A stretch of 64,000 nt of DNA from an uncultured Candidatus Actinomarina sp. (GCA_902627635.1 CACOKA010000001.1:34778-98777), one strand, 5' to 3'; counted from the stretch's first letter, positions 38,170 to 52,738 are shown. Program-made: numbers and translations. The notes: generated from the sequence alone by a model not told the origin.

Positions 38170-41100
38170 TTGTTGTCCGCTGTTCAGAATTCTAGGCTTT
38201 CGTTTGCAAAAATTCCCAAAGTTCTAGATATTCCAGATTTATTAATTGTCCAAAAAGATTCGTTTAAATGGTTTATTGAAGAAGGTTTAAAAGAAATTTT
38301 AGATGAAATTTCTCCTATAGAAGATTTTTCTGGGAGATTTTCGCTTGAATTTTTGAATCATTTCTTTGAAGAACCACTAAAAAGTCTTGATGAATGTAAA
38401 ATTACAGATTCTACATATTCACAACCTTTATATGTGACTGCACAATTTTTGGATCGAGAAACTGGTCAAATCAAACAACAAACTGTCTTTCTTGGTGATT
38501 TTCCAATTATGTCAGATACAGGAACATTTATTATAAACGGAACAGAAAGGGTGATTGTAAGTCAACTTGTGAGATCGCCAGGTGTTTATTTTTCCCAGGA
38601 AATAGATAAAACATCAGATAAAGAGATATTTATTGGAAAAATGATACCAGGTAGAGGTGCATGGCTTGAATTTGACACAGATAAAAGAGATACAGTTGGG
38701 GTAAGAGTTGACAGAAAAAGAAGACAACATATAACTGCTTTCTTAAGGGCCTTAGGAGTCATTGAGACAAAAGAAGAAGCTATTGAACTTTTTGGTGACT
38801 ACCCATCAATTCAAAATACAATTGAAAGAGATCCCGACACTACTTCCGAAGCTGCCTTGATTGATCTCTATAGAAAACTAAGACCGGGTGAACCAGCTAC
38901 TGTTGAATCGGCAAGAAATCTTGTAAAGCAAATGTTTTACACTCCAAAAAGGTATGACCTAACAAAAGTTGGCAGGTATAAAGTTGAGCAAAAGCTTGGA
39001 AGAGATTATGGAGAAAAAGATGCTGAAACTTACTCTACTGAAGTAGAAGGTATGTTACAGATCGAAGATATTATTGATACGATTAAATATGTTATTGCTC
39101 TACATGCAGGCGAAGAGTCATTTGAAAACAAACTTGGAAGAACAATTCCTGTAAGGCTTGATGACATTGATCATTTTGGAAATAGAAGAATTAGAACAGT
39201 TGGAGAACTTGTTCAAAATCAAGTTAGAGTTGGCCTAAGTAGATTAGAAAGAGTAGTTAGGGAGAGAATGACTACTCAGGAACCAGAAGCAATCACACCT
39301 CAATCATTAATTAACATAAGACCAATCCAGGCATCTTTAAAAGAATTCTTTGGTACAAGTCAATTAAGTCAGTTCATGGATCAACCAAATCCAATTGCAG
39401 CTTTAACTCACAGAAGAAGGCTCTCAGCTTTGGGTCCAGGTGGGTTATCTAGAGAACGAGCAGGGTTTGAAGTTAGAGATGTTCACCCTTCTCACTACGG
39501 AAGAATGTGTCCTATTGAAACACCTGAAGGACCAAATATTGGGCTTATAGGTACCCTTGCTACATATGGTAGGGTAAACAGATTCGGATTTATCGAAACT
39601 CCTTATTGGAAAGTAGAAAATGGAGTCGTAAAAACTAATAAAGCAGTTTATCTCACTGCTTCTCAAGAAGATGAATATACAATTGCTCAAGCAAATGCTC
39701 CTTTAAATGATGATGGTACCTTTAAAAATAAAAGAGTCTTATCCAGACAAAATAGGGGACAAGTCTCCTTCGTTAGTGATAAAGAGATTGATTACATGGA
39801 TGTGAGTCCAAAACAAATCTGTTCCGTAACTACTGCATTAATACCATTCCTTGAACATGATGATGCAAACAGAGCTTTAATGGGTTCAAACATGCAGAGA
39901 CAAGCTGTGCCATTAGTAACCACAGAGGCACCATATGTTGGCACTGGTATGGAAGAGAATGTAGCACGAGACTCAGGTGAAGCATTAATATCTCCAATTT
40001 CTGGTGAAGTAATGTCAGTAACTGGTGATGAAATAGTTGTTAAAGAACAAGAAACAAATAAAAAACATACTTTTGAAGTTAGAAAATTCAAAAGATCAAA
40101 TCAAGCTACTTCCGTAAATCAAAAACCATTAGTAAAAGCTGGCCTTAAAGTAAAACCAGGTGATGTACTAGCTGATGGCCCTAGCACCCAAGGTGGAGAA
40201 CTTGCATTAGGTAAAAATTTATTAGTTGCATATATGCCATGGGATGGATATAACTTTGAAGACTCGATAGTCATTTCGGAGCGTTTAGTAAAAGAGGATG
40301 TATTAACTTCTGTACATATTGCTGAACATGAAATTGAAGCTAGAGATACAAAATTAGGGGAAGAGGAGATAACTAGAGATATCCCAAACGTAGCAGAAGA
40401 AGTATTGATGGATCTTGATGAAATGGGAATCGTTAGGATTGGCGCAGAGGTTACTCCTGGAGATTATTTGGTTGGAAAAGTTACTCCAAAAGGAGAGACT
40501 GAGTTAACTCCAGAAGAAAGACTCTTAAGAGCAATATTCGGGGAAAAAGCGAGAGAAGTTAGAGACACTTCTTTAAGAGTTCCTCATGGTGAAAGAGGAA
40601 AAGTTATCGATGTACAGATTTTAAGAAGAGATGATGGAGCAGACCTACCACCTGGAGTAAATCAAAAAGTAAGAGTTTACGTAGCTATACAAAGAAAAAT
40701 CCAAGTTGGAGACAAGCTTTCTGGACGTCATGGCAACAAGGGAGTTATTTCAAAAATAAATCCAGTAGAAGATATGCCATTTCTAGAAGATGGCACACCT
40801 GTAGATATATTGTTATCACCTTTAGGCGTTCCAAGCAGAATGAATCTTGGTCAGATTTTAGAAACACATCTTGGTTGGGCAGCAAACGAAGGTTGGCAAG
40901 ATTTTAAAGGGAAGTCTAAAGCATCAGACGGAGCCAAACCAGGAACCTTAGTCTCTACCCCAGTATTTGATGGGGCGGATGAAAATGAAATTCATGAAAT
41001 TTTGAGAAATGTAAACCCAAATAGGGATGGTAAATTACTTGTTGATGAAAATGGAAAAGCTGATTTATATGATGGTCGAACTGGTGAAAAGTTTGACTCA

Positions 41101-41562
41101 AAAATCACAGTTGGATACACATATATATTAAAACTTATTCATTTAGTAGATGAAAAGATTCACGCTCGTTCAACTGGCCCTTATTCAATGATCACCCAAC
41201 AACCACTTGGAGGAAAAGCTCAATTTGGAGGTCAAAGATTTGGAGAAATGGAAGTATGGGCTCTTGAAGCTTATGGTGCAAGTTACGCACTTCAAGAACT
41301 TTTAACAATAAAATCTGACGATACAGTTGGAAGAGTAAAGGTTTATGAATCTATTGTAAAAGGTGATAATATTCCAGAACCAGGAATACCAGAGTCATTT
41401 AAAGTTTTATTAAAAGAAATGCAAAGTTTATGTTTAAATGTTGAAATTCTTTCCGCCGGTGAAGAGATTTCTATGAAAGACATCAGTGACGAATATGTCA
41501 AAACAGCTGAAACATTGGGTATCGACATGACAAGACCCGAGGAAGATGAGGCTGAAGTCTAA
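38170..41562 (+). CDS. rpoB: DNA-directed RNA polymerase subunit beta
   Basis: 1130 aa with the Rif-cluster region [34 protein letters not shown] and the catalytic region [12 protein letters not shown] start preceded by a GAGGAGG SD. Confidence 0.97.
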   Translation: MLSAVQNSRLSFAKIPKVLDIPDLLIVQKDSFKWFIEEGLKEILDEISPIEDFSGRFSLEFLNHFFEEPLKSLDECKITDSTYSQPLYVTAQFLDRETGQIKQQTVFLGDFPIMSDTGTFIINGTERVIVSQLVRSPGVYFSQEIDKTSDKEIFIGKMIPGRGAWLEFDTDKRDTVGVRVDRKRRQHITAFLRALGVIETKEEAIELFGDYPSIQNTIERDPDTTSEAALIDLYRKLRPGEPATVESARNLVKQMFYTPKRYDLTKVGRYKVEQKLGRDYGEKDAETYSTEVEGMLQIEDIIDTIKYVIALHAGEESFENKLGRTIPVRLDDIDHFGNRRIRTVGELVQNQVRVGLSRLERVVRERMTTQEPEAITPQSLINIRPIQASLKEFFGTSQLSQFMDQPNPIAALTHRRRLSALGPGGLSRERAGFEVRDVHPSHYGRMCPIETPEGPNIGLIGTLATYGRVNRFGFIETPYWKVENGVVKTNKAVYLTASQEDEYTIAQANAPLNDDGTFKNKRVLSRQNRGQVSFVSDKEIDYMDVSPKQICSVTTALIPFLEHDDANRALMGSNMQRQAVPLVTTEAPYVGTGMEENVARDSGEALISPISGEVMSVTGDEIVVKEQETNKKHTFEVRKFKRSNQATSVNQKPLVKAGLKVKPGDVLADGPSTQGGELALGKNLLVAYMPWDGYNFEDSIVISERLVKEDVLTSVHIAEHEIEARDTKLGEEEITRDIPNVAEEVLMDLDEMGIVRIGAEVTPGDYLVGKVTPKGETELTPEERLLRAIFGEKAREVRDTSLRVPHGERGKVIDVQILRRDDGADLPPGVNQKVRVYVAIQRKIQVGDKLSGRHGNKGVISKINPVEDMPFLEDGTPVDILLSPLGVPSRMNLGQILETHLGWAANEGWQDFKGKSKASDGAKPGTLVSTPVFDGADENEIHEILRNVNPNRDGKLLVDENGKADLYDGRTGEKFDSKITVGYTYILKLIHLVDEKIHARSTGPYSMITQQPLGGKAQFGGQRFGEMEVWALEAYGASYALQELLTIKSDDTVGRVKVYESIVKGDNIPEPGIPESFKVLLKEMQSLCLNVEILSAGEEISMKDISDEYVKTAETLGIDMTRPEEDEAEV

Positions 41563-44500
41563 TGGAGAAAATTTTTGATGAATTAAGTATCAGTCTTGCA
41601 ACATCTGATCAAATGAGAAGTTGGTCTTTTGGAGAGGTTAAAAAACCTGAAACAATAAATTACAGAACTTTAAAACCTGAAAAAGAAGGTCTTTTTGATG
41701 AGAGAATTTTTGGTCCAACTAAAGATTGGGAATGTTCATGTGGAAGATATAAAAGGATTCGATATAGAGGTATTGTCTGTGAAAGATGTGGTGTTGAAGT
41801 TACAAGACGTGAAGTTCGTAGAGAAAGAATGGGTCATATAGAGTTAGCTGCTCCTGTAACTCATATTTGGTACTTCAAAGGTGTTCCAAGCAGATTAGGT
41901 TACTTTCTTGACATGTCACCTAAGGAATTGGAAAAAGTAATTTACTTTGCAGCGTATCTTGTTGTATCTGTCGACGACAAAAAGAGAACAAAAGATTTAT
42001 CTGAAATTGAAGAAGCTGTTGAAGCAGAAGTAGAAATTGTAGAAGAAGAATTCACTGAATGGGAAGTAAAAAGACTTAAGCAAATGAAAGTTGAGATTAA
42101 AGCTATGGAAAATGCAAAAGTTCCTGATGCTGAGATCCAGTTAAGAACTAAAGAGATTGAAAAAGAGATCAAACAAAAGCAAGCAAAATCCGATGCTGAA
42201 ATAAAAGTTATTCAAGAAGCATTTTCGACCTTAAAAACTTTAAAGCCTAAAACCCTAATTGAAAATGATACTCTTTGGCGTGAAATGATTGATAAATATG
42301 ATGAGTATTTTACAGGTGGCATGGGAGCTGAAGCCGTTAGAGAGCTAGTCCAATTAGTAGATCTTAAAGCCGAAATGGAAAAACTTAAAAGTGATCTAGA
42401 TTCAAAATCAGCACAACGTAGACAAAGAGCAATACAGAGAATGAAAGTGATAAAACCTTTCGCTGATGGAAAAAACCCACCTGAAGCAATGATTCTAGAA
42501 GTGATACCAGTTATACCTCCAGAGTTGCGTCCAATGGTTCAACTAGACGGTGGAAGATTCGCTACTTCCGATCTTAATGATTTGTATAGAAGATTAATTA
42601 ATCGTAACAATAGATTAAAAAAATTAATTGAACTCGGTGCTCCTGACATAATTATTAGCAATGAAAAAAGAATGTTGCAAGAATCTGTTGATGCTCTTTT
42701 TGATAACGGAAGAAGAGGTAGAGCAGTTGCAGGGGCAGGTGGACGAGGTCTTAAGTCACTCTCTGATATGTTGAAAGGAAAGCAAGGAAGGTTTAGACAA
42801 AACCTTCTTGGAAAAAGAGTTGATTATTCTGCAAGGTCAGTTATCGTAGTTGGTCCACATTTAGACTTACAACAATGTGGATTGCCAAAAATGATGGCAC
42901 TTGAGTTATTCAAACCATTTGTTATGAAAAGGCTTGTCGAACTCGGTCTTGCTCAAAATATTAAATCTGCAAAAAGAATGGTGGAAAGATCACGTGCTCA
43001 AGTTTGGGATGTCCTTGCAGAAGTAATTGAAGAGCACCCGGTATTACTAAACAGAGCGCCTACTTTACACAGGCTTGGAATTCAAGCATTTGAGCCAATC
43101 CTTGTAGAAGGGAAAGCTATTCAAGTACATCCGTTAGTTTGTGAAGCATTCAATGCTGATTTTGATGGTGACCAAATGGCAGTTCACGTTCCTTTATCAG
43201 CTGAAGCTCAAGCAGAAGCCAGAGTTTTGATGCTTGCTACAAATAACGTTTTATCGCCGGCTTCGGGCAATCCTATAGTATCTCCAAGCCAAGATATGGT
43301 AATAGGTCTTTATTACATTACAGAATGTCATGATGAGCTAAATACTGCAGAGTATGCATTTGCTGATTTAAACGAAGCACAACTAGCTTATGAAGCAGGT
43401 CATATTTCTTTACAAACACCAATTAAAGTAAGGGTTGGAAATTTAGCTGGATCTGAAGACATATATAACAAAATAAAAAATAGATTCTCTGAATTACTTA
43501 CGCCAGAATATGTTTCTGGTGACACATTGACTAATACAACACTAGGAAGAATGCATTTTAACTCTATATTGCCTGATGACTTTCCATATATTGAGGCATC
43601 AGTAAGAAAGCCAGAAATGAAAAAAATTATTTCTGAGGTAATTGAAACCTATAACAAAGCTGAATTGAGACAGTTCTTAGATTCAATGAAAAAAGTTGGT
43701 TTTAATTTTGGTGCAAAAGCTGGTTTGTCTGTTGCAATGACAGATGTGAAAACACCACCAACAAAAAATCAAATACTTGAAAAGTATGAAAATGAAGCAG
43801 AAAAAGTAGAAAAGCTTTATCTTGATGACATTATTACTGAAACTGAGAGAAAACAAAAAATTATTGAAATATGGAATGAAGCTACAGATCAGGTTCAGTA
43901 TGCAATGAGTGCAGAATTAGAATCTGAAAGATTTAATCCTGTTGATATGATGGTTAAATCTGGTGCTAGAGGTAATATGATGCAAGTAAGACAGCTTGCA
44001 GGCATGAGAGGTCTCGTTGCTAATCCAAAAGGTGACATCATTGAAAGGCCAATAAAAAGTAATTTTAGGGAAGGAATGTCTGTCCTTGAGTATTTCATTT
44101 CTACACACGGTGCTAGAAAAGGACTTGCAGATACAGCGTTAAGGACTGCAGACTCTGGTTATTTAACAAGAAGACTAGTTGACGTGGCTGCAGGTATTGT
44201 TGTACAAAATAAAGGTGATGAAAACATTGATTGGCGGGGTACTACAAAATCTACGGTCGATAATGAAGGAAGACCTAGCAAATATTTACACTCAACATTA
44301 TTTGGAAGAGTACTTAGTGAGGATGTTAAAAAGGATAAAAAAACAATAGAGTTTGGAGATGGTAAAAAGTTAACTAAAGGAACTTATATTGATGCAGAAG
44401 CTCTTGATGTAATTGCCAAGTCAGGAGTTGAATCAGTAAATGTACTTACACCTTTCAATTCACTTGATCCTGAATCTATGGATCCGCTATGCTACGGGTT

Positions 44501-45485
44501 CAGCCTTGCAACTGGTAAACCTGTAGAAGAAGGTGAAGCTGTAGGAATAATTTCTGCTCAATCGATTGGAGAGCCTGGAACTCAGCTTACAATGAGAACT
44601 TTTCATACGGGTGGAGTTGTAGGTTTAGACATAACCTCTGGTCTTCCAAGAATTGTAGAGCTTTTTGAAGCCAGGACACCAAAAGGTAAATCTGTTTTAT
44701 CACTCATTAATGGAAAGATTAAATCTATTGATCAAACCGAAGAAGGCAACAGAATCCTTACTATTCAAAATGAGAAAGAAGAGATTGAGTTATTAGTTTT
44801 GAGAAGACAAACTCTTCTCGTTAATCAAGGAGACAGTGTTGAAGCTGGACAAGCTTTAACAACTGGTCCAAAAGATCCAAAAGAAGTCTTACAAATCAAC
44901 GGAGTTCGTACATGCCAAGAATATTTGGTAGACGAAGTACAAAAAACTTATCGTGATCAAGGAGTTGAAGTTCATGATAAACACGTTGAAATGATTGTAA
45001 GACAAATGTTAAGAAGGGTAAGAATTGTTAGACCTAACGATTCAGACTTCTTACCAAACGAATTGATTGATGCAACTTTATTTAGAACCATCAATCAAGG
45101 ACTTGTAAAAGATGGTAAAACACCTGCCGAAGGTAGACCTGAACTGATGGGTATCACAAAAGCTAGCTTAGCGACAGATTCATGGTTATCTGCAGCATCT
45201 TTTCAAGAAACAACAAGGGTATTAACTGAGGCTGCAATGAAAAAGAGTACTGATGCATTGTCAGGATTAAAAGAGAATGTAATTATAGGTACTTTAATTC
45301 CTGCTGGTACTGGTTCAGAAGCTTATCAAAAATTAGCTCCTACCTTACCGGGCGCTCAAGAGGTATCTGAAATAGGATTTGCGACAGCACCATCAGAATC
45401 AGAAGAATCAGATAACGATGGTCTACCAAATCCAGCACAATGGCTAGCTATGTTAGGCGAAGAGGGAGATGAAGATACAGAGTAA
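41562..45485 (+). CDS. rpoC: DNA-directed RNA polymerase subunit beta'
   Basis: 1307 aa with the zinc-finger [23 protein letters not shown] and the active-site [16 protein letters not shown]. Confidence 0.97.
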   Translation: MEKIFDELSISLATSDQMRSWSFGEVKKPETINYRTLKPEKEGLFDERIFGPTKDWECSCGRYKRIRYRGIVCERCGVEVTRREVRRERMGHIELAAPVTHIWYFKGVPSRLGYFLDMSPKELEKVIYFAAYLVVSVDDKKRTKDLSEIEEAVEAEVEIVEEEFTEWEVKRLKQMKVEIKAMENAKVPDAEIQLRTKEIEKEIKQKQAKSDAEIKVIQEAFSTLKTLKPKTLIENDTLWREMIDKYDEYFTGGMGAEAVRELVQLVDLKAEMEKLKSDLDSKSAQRRQRAIQRMKVIKPFADGKNPPEAMILEVIPVIPPELRPMVQLDGGRFATSDLNDLYRRLINRNNRLKKLIELGAPDIIISNEKRMLQESVDALFDNGRRGRAVAGAGGRGLKSLSDMLKGKQGRFRQNLLGKRVDYSARSVIVVGPHLDLQQCGLPKMMALELFKPFVMKRLVELGLAQNIKSAKRMVERSRAQVWDVLAEVIEEHPVLLNRAPTLHRLGIQAFEPILVEGKAIQVHPLVCEAFNADFDGDQMAVHVPLSAEAQAEARVLMLATNNVLSPASGNPIVSPSQDMVIGLYYITECHDELNTAEYAFADLNEAQLAYEAGHISLQTPIKVRVGNLAGSEDIYNKIKNRFSELLTPEYVSGDTLTNTTLGRMHFNSILPDDFPYIEASVRKPEMKKIISEVIETYNKAELRQFLDSMKKVGFNFGAKAGLSVAMTDVKTPPTKNQILEKYENEAEKVEKLYLDDIITETERKQKIIEIWNEATDQVQYAMSAELESERFNPVDMMVKSGARGNMMQVRQLAGMRGLVANPKGDIIERPIKSNFREGMSVLEYFISTHGARKGLADTALRTADSGYLTRRLVDVAAGIVVQNKGDENIDWRGTTKSTVDNEGRPSKYLHSTLFGRVLSEDVKKDKKTIEFGDGKKLTKGTYIDAEALDVIAKSGVESVNVLTPFNSLDPESMDPLCYGFSLATGKPVEEGEAVGIISAQSIGEPGTQLTMRTFHTGGVVGLDITSGLPRIVELFEARTPKGKSVLSLINGKIKSIDQTEEGNRILTIQNEKEEIELLVLRRQTLLVNQGDSVEAGQALTTGPKDPKEVLQINGVRTCQEYLVDEVQKTYRDQGVEVHDKHVEMIVRQMLRRVRIVRPNDSDFLPNELIDATLFRTINQGLVKDGKTPAEGRPELMGITKASLATDSWLSAASFQETTRVLTEAAMKKSTDALSGLKENVIIGTLIPAGTGSEAYQKLAPTLPGAQEVSEIGFATAPSESEESDNDGLPNPAQWLAMLGEEGDEDTE

Positions 45486-45577
45486 AAACTTATAAAGAAT
45501 TCATTGTTGTAAGTTCAAATCTGTCATATACTTCTTTTTCGGTAATAAAAAATTAACTTTTTTAGATTGGAATTTTT

Positions 45578-45946
45578 ATGCCTACAACACAGCAACTAGT
45601 GAGAAAAGGACGTAAGTCCAAGGTGATGAAAGAGAAAACACCTGGTCTCAAGGGGTCTCCACAAAGGAGGGGCGTTTGCACGCGTGTATATACAGTTACA
45701 CCAAAAAAACCTAACTCAGCTTTAAGAAAAGTTTGCAGAGTGAGACTATCAACTGGTACTGAAGTTACTGCATACATTCCAGGAGAAGGACACAATTTAC
45801 AAGAACATTCAATTGTTTTAGTAAGAGGTGGAAGGGTAAAAGATCTTCCTGGTGTTAGATATAAAGTGATTAGGGGTGCTTTAGATACCGCAGGTGTGAC
45901 TGACAGAAAACAAGCAAGATCTAGATATGGAAGTAAGAGAGGCTAA
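45578..45946 (+). CDS. rpsL: 30S ribosomal protein S12
   Basis: [12 protein letters not shown]...[11 protein letters not shown] is a canonical S12 sequence. Confidence 0.97.
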   Translation: MPTTQQLVRKGRKSKVMKEKTPGLKGSPQRRGVCTRVYTVTPKKPNSALRKVCRVRLSTGTEVTAYIPGEGHNLQEHSIVLVRGGRVKDLPGVRYKVIRGALDTAGVTDRKQARSRYGSKRG

Positions 45947-45951
45947 TCATC

Positions 45952-46419
45952 ATGAGAAGAGGACCATCACTTAAAAGAAAGCCTGAAGCAGACCCTCTTT
46001 TCAATAGCGTTCTTGTATCACAATTAACAAATCAAGTTTTATTAGATGGAAAAAAAGACGTAGCACGAAGTATTGTATATAAATCATTAGAACTTGTTGA
46101 AAAACAAGCTGGTGGAGATCCATTGAATGTATTAAAAGCTGCATTTGAAAATGTTAAACCTCAAATTGAAACAAAATCCAGAAGAGTCGGTGGTACTAAC
46201 TATCAGGTTCCGATGGAAGTTCCACATAGAAGAAGCACCACACTTGCAATAAGGTGGATTGTTGATGCTGCTCGAAAAAGAGGAGAGAAGTCAATGTCTG
46301 ATAGATTAGGACGTGAACTTTTGGATGCAAGTAATAATACTGGAGCTGCAGTCAAGAAAAAAGAAGATGTACATAAAATGGCTGAATCGAACAGAGCTTT
46401 CGCTCACTACAGGTGGTAA
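45952..46419 (+). CDS. rpsG: 30S ribosomal protein S7
   Basis: 155 aa with S7 motifs ([20 protein letters not shown]). Confidence 0.95.
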   Translation: MRRGPSLKRKPEADPLFNSVLVSQLTNQVLLDGKKDVARSIVYKSLELVEKQAGGDPLNVLKAAFENVKPQIETKSRRVGGTNYQVPMEVPHRRSTTLAIRWIVDAARKRGEKSMSDRLGRELLDASNNTGAAVKKKEDVHKMAESNRAFAHYRW

Positions 46420-46423
46420 TAAT

Positions 46424-48514
46424 ATGTCAACTAGAACAGTAGATCTCAAAAACCTAAGAAATATCGGAATTATGGCTCATATAGATGCTGGAAAAACTAC
46501 CTTAACAGAGAGAATTTTGTATTACACAGGTAAAACATACAAGATTGGTGAAGTTCATGATGGAGCAGCTGTTATGGACTGGATGGAACAAGAGCAAGAG
46601 CGTGGAATAACTATTACATCTGCTGCTACTACATGTAGCTGGAATGACCACACAATTAATATTATTGACACTCCCGGTCACGTTGATTTTACAGTTGAGG
46701 TTGAAAGGTCTCTCAGAGTATTAGATGGTGCTGTAGCTGTATTTGATGGTGTTGCAGGAGTCGAACCACAGTCAGAGACAGTTTGGAGACAAGCTGACAA
46801 ATATAATGTACCAAGAATTTGTTTTATCAACAAACTTGATAGAACAGGTGCAAACTTTGATGATGACGTACAGTCAATCATTGAAAGACTTGAAGCAAAA
46901 CCAGCTGTTCTTCAAATTCCTATAGGATCTGAAGCAGATTTTGTTGGAGTAATTGATCTTGTTGAAATGAAAGCACACACCTGGACAAAAGATGATGGAT
47001 CTGAATGGGATATTGCAGATATACCAGAGGATCGACTTGAAGAAGCAAATACAAAACGAGCAGAACTTTTGGATGTCGTAGCTGAAGCAGATGACGAAGT
47101 ACTTGAGAAATATCTTGGAGATGAAGAGCTTTCAGTTGCTGAAATAAAAAAAGCAATTAGAACAGGAACTCTTTCAGGTTTATTTGTACCAGTTCTTGCA
47201 GGTAGTGCTTTTAAAAACAAAGGTGTACAACTTCTACTGGATGCAGTTGTTGATTATCTTCCCTCACCTCTAGATATAGAACCAGTATCAGGATTTACAC
47301 CTGGTAAGGAAGAAGATGAAATTAGCAGAGAGCATTCTGACGAAGAACCATTTTCTGCACTTGCATTTAAAGTTGTAAGTGATCCACATGTAGGAAAGTT
47401 AACTTATTTTAGGGTTTATTCCGGCACCTTAAATAAAGGTGACAAAGTTGTTAATACGACAACAGGCAAGGACGAAAGACTTGGAAGAATATTGAGAATG
47501 CATTCAAACTCAAGAGAGGACATAGATTTTATTTCTACTGGGGATATTGTTGCAGGAGTTGGTCTTAAAAATGCAAAAACAGGAGATACATTATCTGATT
47601 CAGGAAGCCCTATTCAACTAGAATCAATGACGTTCCCTGAACCTGTTATCTCAGTTGCAATCGAACCAAAATCAAAAGCTGATGAAGAAAAGTTATCAGA
47701 GGGTTTACAAAAATTAGCTGAAGAAGATCCTACATTCAAAGTTAATTCTGATGAAGAGACTGGTCAAACAATCATTTCAGGAATGGGAGAATTGCATCTT
47801 GATATTCTTGTAGATCGTCTAAAAAGGGAATTTAAAGTAGAGGCAAATATTGGTAAACCTCAAGTGGCATATAGAGAGGCACTCAAAAAGAAGACCGATA
47901 TTGAGGCGAAATATATTAGACAAAGTGGTGGTCGAGGTCAATATGGACATGTCATTATGGAGCTTGAACCTATTGAAGATGGATATGAATTTGTAGATTT
48001 AATTAAAAGTGGAAGAATTCCAAAAGAGTATATCCCATCAGTTAATGCAGGTGTTGAGGCTGCAATGGAATCAGGTGTTCTAGCTGGATATCCACTTGTG
48101 AATATGAGAGCAACGCTAAAAGATGGAACATATCATGATGTTGACTCTTCAGAAATGGCTTTTAAAATCGCAGGGTCCATGGCGTTAAAAGATGGAGCAA
48201 AAAAAGCTGGAGTAAAACTACTGGAGCCTATTATGACTGTAGAAGTAGTAACCCCTGAAGATTTTATGGGAGATGTTGTCGGAGATCTTTCTTCAAGAAG
48301 AGGAAAGATAGCTGAAATGGGACAAAGAGGATCGGCAAAAGTAGTCAGTGCAAAGGTTCCATTATCAGAAATGTTCGGTTACGCAACAGATTTGCGTTCT
48401 AGAACACAAGGCCGTGCAACATTCACGATGCAGTTTGATAGTTATGAGGACGTCCCAGACGCTATAACAAAAGAGATAACTGCAAGTGTTCGTGGAGTAG
48501 AGGTTGAAGTTTAA
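46424..48514 (+). CDS. fusA: Elongation factor G
   Basis: [15 protein letters not shown]1 motif and [11 protein letters not shown] 46424 is in frame with track ORF 46313..48514. Confidence 0.96.
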   Translation: MSTRTVDLKNLRNIGIMAHIDAGKTTLTERILYYTGKTYKIGEVHDGAAVMDWMEQEQERGITITSAATTCSWNDHTINIIDTPGHVDFTVEVERSLRVLDGAVAVFDGVAGVEPQSETVWRQADKYNVPRICFINKLDRTGANFDDDVQSIIERLEAKPAVLQIPIGSEADFVGVIDLVEMKAHTWTKDDGSEWDIADIPEDRLEEANTKRAELLDVVAEADDEVLEKYLGDEELSVAEIKKAIRTGTLSGLFVPVLAGSAFKNKGVQLLLDAVVDYLPSPLDIEPVSGFTPGKEEDEISREHSDEEPFSALAFKVVSDPHVGKLTYFRVYSGTLNKGDKVVNTTTGKDERLGRILRMHSNSREDIDFISTGDIVAGVGLKNAKTGDTLSDSGSPIQLESMTFPEPVISVAIEPKSKADEEKLSEGLQKLAEEDPTFKVNSDEETGQTIISGMGELHLDILVDRLKREFKVEANIGKPQVAYREALKKKTDIEAKYIRQSGGRGQYGHVIMELEPIEDGYEFVDLIKSGRIPKEYIPSVNAGVEAAMESGVLAGYPLVNMRATLKDGTYHDVDSSEMAFKIAGSMALKDGAKKAGVKLLEPIMTVEVVTPEDFMGDVVGDLSSRRGKIAEMGQRGSAKVVSAKVPLSEMFGYATDLRSRTQGRATFTMQFDSYEDVPDAITKEITASVRGVEVEV

Positions 48515-48554
48515 ACTTTGTTTCAGAGTTTAAACTTTTAGAAAAGGAGAAAAT

Positions 48555-49739
48555 ATGTCAAAAGAGAAATTTGACCGAAGCAAGCCTCATGTGAACATTG
48601 GTACAATGGGCCACATTGACCATGGAAAAACAACATTGACGGCCGCAATAACAAAAGTTTTGGCTGATGCTGGTGCGGGTGAGGCAACTGCTTTCGATGA
48701 AATTGATAAAGCACCAGAAGAAAAAGAAAGGGGAATCACTATTCAGATAGCACACGTTGAGTACGAGACAGAAAACCGTCATTATGCTCACGTTGATATG
48801 CCTGGTCACGCGGATTATGTTAAAAACATGATTACTGGTGCTGCTCAGGTAGATGGAGCTATTCTTGTAGTTTCAGCAGCTGATGGACCTATGCCGCAGA
48901 CAAGAGAGCACGTTCTACTTGCGCGACAAGTTGGTGTACCAGCAATTGCTGTTTTCCTCAACAAAGTTGATCAAGTAGACGACGATGAATTATTAGACCT
49001 TGTTGAAATGGAAGTTAGAGAACTTTTAAATGAGTATGATTTCCCAGGAGATGATGTTCCAGTCGTGAAAGGTTCTGCGTTAGCAGCTCTTGAAGGAAAA
49101 GAAGATGGTGTAAATGCTGTTCTTCAATTAATGGAACAGGTTGATTCATATATAGAAGAACCTGTGAGAGTAGTGGACAAGCCTTTCTTAATGCCAGTTG
49201 AAGACGTCTTTTCAATTACTGGTAGAGGAACAGTTGTTACTGGAAGAATTGAACAAGGTATTGTAAATGTAAACGATGAAGTAGAAATTGTTGGTATTCG
49301 TGAAACTACCAAATCAGTTTGTACTGGTGTTGAAATGTTCAGGAAACTCCTTGATGAGGGTAGAGCTGGAGACAACGTTGGTTTACTTTTAAGAGGTATT
49401 GATAAAGATGATGTGGAAAGAGGGCAGGTTATTGCTGTTCCTGGATCCATAACACCTCATACAAAATTTGAGGCTGAGGTATATGTTCTTACAAAAGAGG
49501 AAGGTGGAAGACACAATCCATTTTTTAAAGGATATAGGCCACAGTTCTATTTCAGAACCACTGATGTTACGGGAGAAGTTTCTCTAGCTGATGGTACTGA
49601 AATGGTCATGCCTGGTGATAATGTTCCAATTTCTGTAGAACTTATATCTCCAATTGCAATGGAAGAGGGCGTTAAATTTGCGATTAGAGAAGGTGGAAGA
49701 ACTGTTGGAGCAGGACAGGTGACAAAAGTTATAGAGTAA
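48555..49739 (+). CDS. tuf: Elongation factor Tu
   Basis: [27 protein letters not shown]. 394 aa. Confidence 0.97.
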   Translation: MSKEKFDRSKPHVNIGTMGHIDHGKTTLTAAITKVLADAGAGEATAFDEIDKAPEEKERGITIQIAHVEYETENRHYAHVDMPGHADYVKNMITGAAQVDGAILVVSAADGPMPQTREHVLLARQVGVPAIAVFLNKVDQVDDDELLDLVEMEVRELLNEYDFPGDDVPVVKGSALAALEGKEDGVNAVLQLMEQVDSYIEEPVRVVDKPFLMPVEDVFSITGRGTVVTGRIEQGIVNVNDEVEIVGIRETTKSVCTGVEMFRKLLDEGRAGDNVGLLLRGIDKDDVERGQVIAVPGSITPHTKFEAEVYVLTKEEGGRHNPFFKGYRPQFYFRTTDVTGEVSLADGTEMVMPGDNVPISVELISPIAMEEGVKFAIREGGRTVGAGQVTKVIE

Positions 49740-49750
49740 ATAAAACTTAA

Positions 49751-49782
49751 CCGGGAGTAGAATTCTACTCCCGGTTTTTTTT
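49751..49782 (+). terminator. Rho-independent terminator after tuf
   Basis: CCGGGAGTAG-AATT-CTACTCCCGG hairpin (10-bp GC-rich stem) followed by TTTTTTTT. Confidence 0.8.
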
Positions 49783-49791
49783 GGGGAAAAA

Positions 49792-50106
49792 ATGGCAAAG
49801 CAAGAACAGCAGATAAGGATAAAGTTAAAAGCATATGACAATTATGTTGTAGACGAGTCTGCTCGTAAAATTGCCGAAACAGTGATGAAAACACAAGCAA
49901 AAGTCAAAGGACCAATCCCTTTACCTACTCAAATCCATCGTTATTGTGTTATTCGTTCTCCCCATGTAGATAAAAAATCGAGAGAACATTTTGAAATGAG
50001 AATTCATAAAAGGTTAATTGACATCGTTGAACCAACACCTAAGACCGTTGATTCTCTAATGAGGTTAGATTTACCAGCTGGTGTAGAAGTTGAGATCAAA
50101 TTATGA
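49792..50106 (+). CDS. rpsJ: 30S ribosomal protein S10
   Basis: IRIKLKAYD...GPIPLPT...[26 protein letters not shown]. Confidence 0.96.
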   Translation: MAKQEQQIRIKLKAYDNYVVDESARKIAETVMKTQAKVKGPIPLPTQIHRYCVIRSPHVDKKSREHFEMRIHKRLIDIVEPTPKTVDSLMRLDLPAGVEVEIKL

Positions 50107-50735
50107 AGTCAATTATTGCAAAAAAAGTAGGTATGACCCAGCTATTTGATGAAAATTCAATCTCAATGGGTGTAACTGTGCTTGATGTTTCAGGTTGCAG
50201 AGTGGTGCAAATAAAATCCAATGAGAAAGATGGATACAGTGCTGCACAATTAACTATTGGTTCTGCAAAAAATGTAGCAAAACCTCTTGCAGAACATTAT
50301 AAGAAATACAATGTTGAACCGGGGGAAGGACTTTTCGAAGTACCTTTTGATGAAGAAACCCCACTTGAATCTGGTAAAGAAATAAAAATTAATGATTTTT
50401 TTGAAGTTGGTCAAAAAGTAGACATAACCGGATTTTCAAAAGGAAAAGGTTACTCAGGTGTTATGAAAAGACATAATTTTTCAGGACAAAAAGCAAGCCA
50501 CGGTGTCCATAAAGTTCACAGAGCTGGAGGGTCAATTGGTAATGCCTCTTATCCAGGCCATGTATTTAAAGGTACAAAAATGTCAGGAAGAATGGGTAAT
50601 CAGAAAAGTACTATTCAATCAGTAACCGTAGTTGCCATAAATGAAGAAAAAAATTATTTACTTGTGAACGGATCAGTACCAGGCAACAAAGGAAATATCG
50701 TTCAAATCAGCTCAGCTATAAAGGTTTCATCATGA
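50103..50735 (+). CDS. rplC: 50S ribosomal protein L3
   Basis: [33 protein letters not shown]. Confidence 0.95.
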   Translation: MKSIIAKKVGMTQLFDENSISMGVTVLDVSGCRVVQIKSNEKDGYSAAQLTIGSAKNVAKPLAEHYKKYNVEPGEGLFEVPFDEETPLESGKEIKINDFFEVGQKVDITGFSKGKGYSGVMKRHNFSGQKASHGVHKVHRAGGSIGNASYPGHVFKGTKMSGRMGNQKSTIQSVTVVAINEEKNYLLVNGSVPGNKGNIVQISSAIKVSS

Positions 50736-51352
50736 GTATTAAGTTGAAATCATTTTCTTTAAAAGATAACAAGACCTCAAATAAACAATATGACTTTGAA
50801 CTAAACGAAGAGATGAATACAGGTCTTTTACACCAAGTTACTAAAGCTAATAGAACAAATGCAAGAAATAATACAGCAAGTGTAAAAACAAGATCACAAG
50901 TCTCTGGAACAGGTGCAAAACCTTGGGTACAAAAAGGAACTGGTAGAGCAAGACACGGGTCTTTAAGATCACCTATTTTTGTAGGTGGGGGAATAGCTCA
51001 TGGTCCAGGCGGAAGAGTGTACAAAGACAGAACACCAAAGAAAATGAAAAAGAAATCATTATATATGTCTGTATCAAACAGAGTATTAGAAGAGTCAGTA
51101 TTTGTTGTAGATGGAGCTGGACTTGATACACCTTCAACAAAAGCTGCATCAAATGCAATTAAAGAATTATCAATTTCCAAATCCTTTGTTTTTGTCTACG
51201 GAGAAAATGATGATTCCCTTATAAAGTCATTCAGAAATCTTTCAAATTCAAAGCTAACTTCCGTGACAAAACTTTCAACTTATGATGTTATTTCAAATGA
51301 AGCTGTAGTTTTTAGCGAAAACGCTATAAATACATTTTTGGAGCAAAGATGA
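50732..51352 (+). CDS. rplD: 50S ribosomal protein L4
   Basis: GTGAKPWVQKGTGRARHGS motif. Confidence 0.93.
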   Translation: MSIKLKSFSLKDNKTSNKQYDFELNEEMNTGLLHQVTKANRTNARNNTASVKTRSQVSGTGAKPWVQKGTGRARHGSLRSPIFVGGGIAHGPGGRVYKDRTPKKMKKKSLYMSVSNRVLEESVFVVDGAGLDTPSTKAASNAIKELSISKSFVFVYGENDDSLIKSFRNLSNSKLTSVTKLSTYDVISNEAVVFSENAINTFLEQR

Positions 51353-51636
51353 AGTATTTAGAAGATGTACTTATAGCTCCTCTTATCTCAGAAAAGTCAT
51401 ATGACAGAATTGCTAACTCAAATTCATATACTTTCTTTGTCCACACAAGTGCGACTAAGCCTGAAATCAAAAAAGCTGTGGAAGAAATTTTTGATGTTGA
51501 AGTTCTGTCTGTCAACACAATGTATAAAAAAGGAAAAAAGAAAAGATTTGGTTATGTTATTGGTCAACAAAGTACAAGAAAAGTAGCAATTGTTACTTTA
51601 CAAGACGGACAAACTATTGAGGCATTTGGAGTTTAG
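51349..51636 (+). CDS. rplW: 50S ribosomal protein L23
   Basis: 95 aa at the S10-operon position. [32 protein letters not shown]. Confidence 0.92.
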   Translation: MKYLEDVLIAPLISEKSYDRIANSNSYTFFVHTSATKPEIKKAVEEIFDVEVLSVNTMYKKGKKKRFGYVIGQQSTRKVAIVTLQDGQTIEAFGV

Positions 51637-51638
51637 GT

Positions 51639-52472
51639 ATGGGATCAAAAAAAATTAGACCAATTACTCCAGGAATGAGAGGACATGTAACAGGTGATTT
51701 TAGTGAAATTACTAAATCAAAACCTGAAAAAAAACTTTTACAATCAAAGAAGTCAACCGGTGGTAGAAATAATAAAGGAAGAATTACATCTCGACATAGA
51801 GGTGGAGGACATAAACAAAAATATAGAGTTGTCGATTTTAAGAGAGTCAAAGACGGTATACCGGCAAAGGTTGCTGGAATAGAATATGACCCAAACAGAA
51901 ATTCCAGAATTGCTTTACTTCATTATGTTGATGGCGAAAAAAGTTACATTATTGCACCTGAAGGAGTTTATGAAGGCAGCATGGTAGAGTCTGGACCTAA
52001 AGCTGAGATAAAAGATGGAAATTGTTTACCATTAAGGAACATTCCTGCAGGTACATTCGTACATGCAGTTGAACTAAGACCTGGCGGTGGAGCTAAAATG
52101 GCAAGGTCTGCTGGATCATCAGTTCAGCTTATGAGTAAAGAATCGGGTCTGGCATTGTTAAGACTTCCATCTGGAGAGATGAGAACAGTCTCAATGGATT
52201 GCAGAGCAACAGTTGGAAGCGTTGGAAACGCAGAAGCTGAATTAACAAAACTTGGAAAAGCTGGAAGAAAAAGATGGAAAGGTGTAAGGCCTCAAACAAG
52301 AGGTGTTGCAATGAATCCAGTTGATCACCCACTCGGAGGTGGGGAAGGAAAGTCATCTGGTGGTAGAACTCCTGTAAGCCCATGGGGTAAGCCGGAAGCA
52401 AAAACAAGAAAAAAGAAAAAATATAGCAATAAATCAATTGTTAGAGGAAGATCTCAAAAAGGTAGAAATTAA
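51639..52472 (+). CDS. rplB: 50S ribosomal protein L2
   Basis: [39 protein letters not shown]. Confidence 0.96.
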   Translation: MGSKKIRPITPGMRGHVTGDFSEITKSKPEKKLLQSKKSTGGRNNKGRITSRHRGGGHKQKYRVVDFKRVKDGIPAKVAGIEYDPNRNSRIALLHYVDGEKSYIIAPEGVYEGSMVESGPKAEIKDGNCLPLRNIPAGTFVHAVELRPGGGAKMARSAGSSVQLMSKESGLALLRLPSGEMRTVSMDCRATVGSVGNAEAELTKLGKAGRKRWKGVRPQTRGVAMNPVDHPLGGGEGKSSGGRTPVSPWGKPEAKTRKKKKYSNKSIVRGRSQKGRN

Positions 52473-52474
52473 TC

Positions 52475-52738
52475 ATGTCAAGAAGTTTAAGAAAAGGACC
52501 ATTTGTAGATAATCATCTCTTAGTGAAGGTTGAAGAAGCACAAAACAGTGGAAACAAAAGTGTAATTAAAACGTGGAGTAGAAGATCTACAATAGTTCCT
52601 GAAATGGTAGGTTTAACAATTGCAGTTCATAATGGTCGACAACATATTCCAGTTTTTGTGACAGAAGCAATGGTTGGTCATAAACTAGGAGAATTTGCTC
52701 CGACAAGAACATTTAAAGGACACCCAGGACAAAGCTAA
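52475..52738 (+). CDS. rpsS: 30S ribosomal protein S19
   Basis: [12 protein letters not shown]...[16 protein letters not shown]. Confidence 0.96.
   Translation: MSRSLRKGPFVDNHLLVKVEEAQNSGNKSVIKTWSRRSTIVPEMVGLTIAVHNGRQHIPVFVTEAMVGHKLGEFAPTRTFKGHPGQS

Noticed and set aside
39445-40091. Antisense ORFs (81 and 99 aa) inside rpoB. Similar ones lie inside rpoC (41942..42172, 43895..44108), fusA (46678..47220) and tuf (48558..49450, 49547..49900)
   Set aside because: They lie opposite highly conserved, confidently identified genes. They have no homology or start context. They are typical spurious antisense frames.
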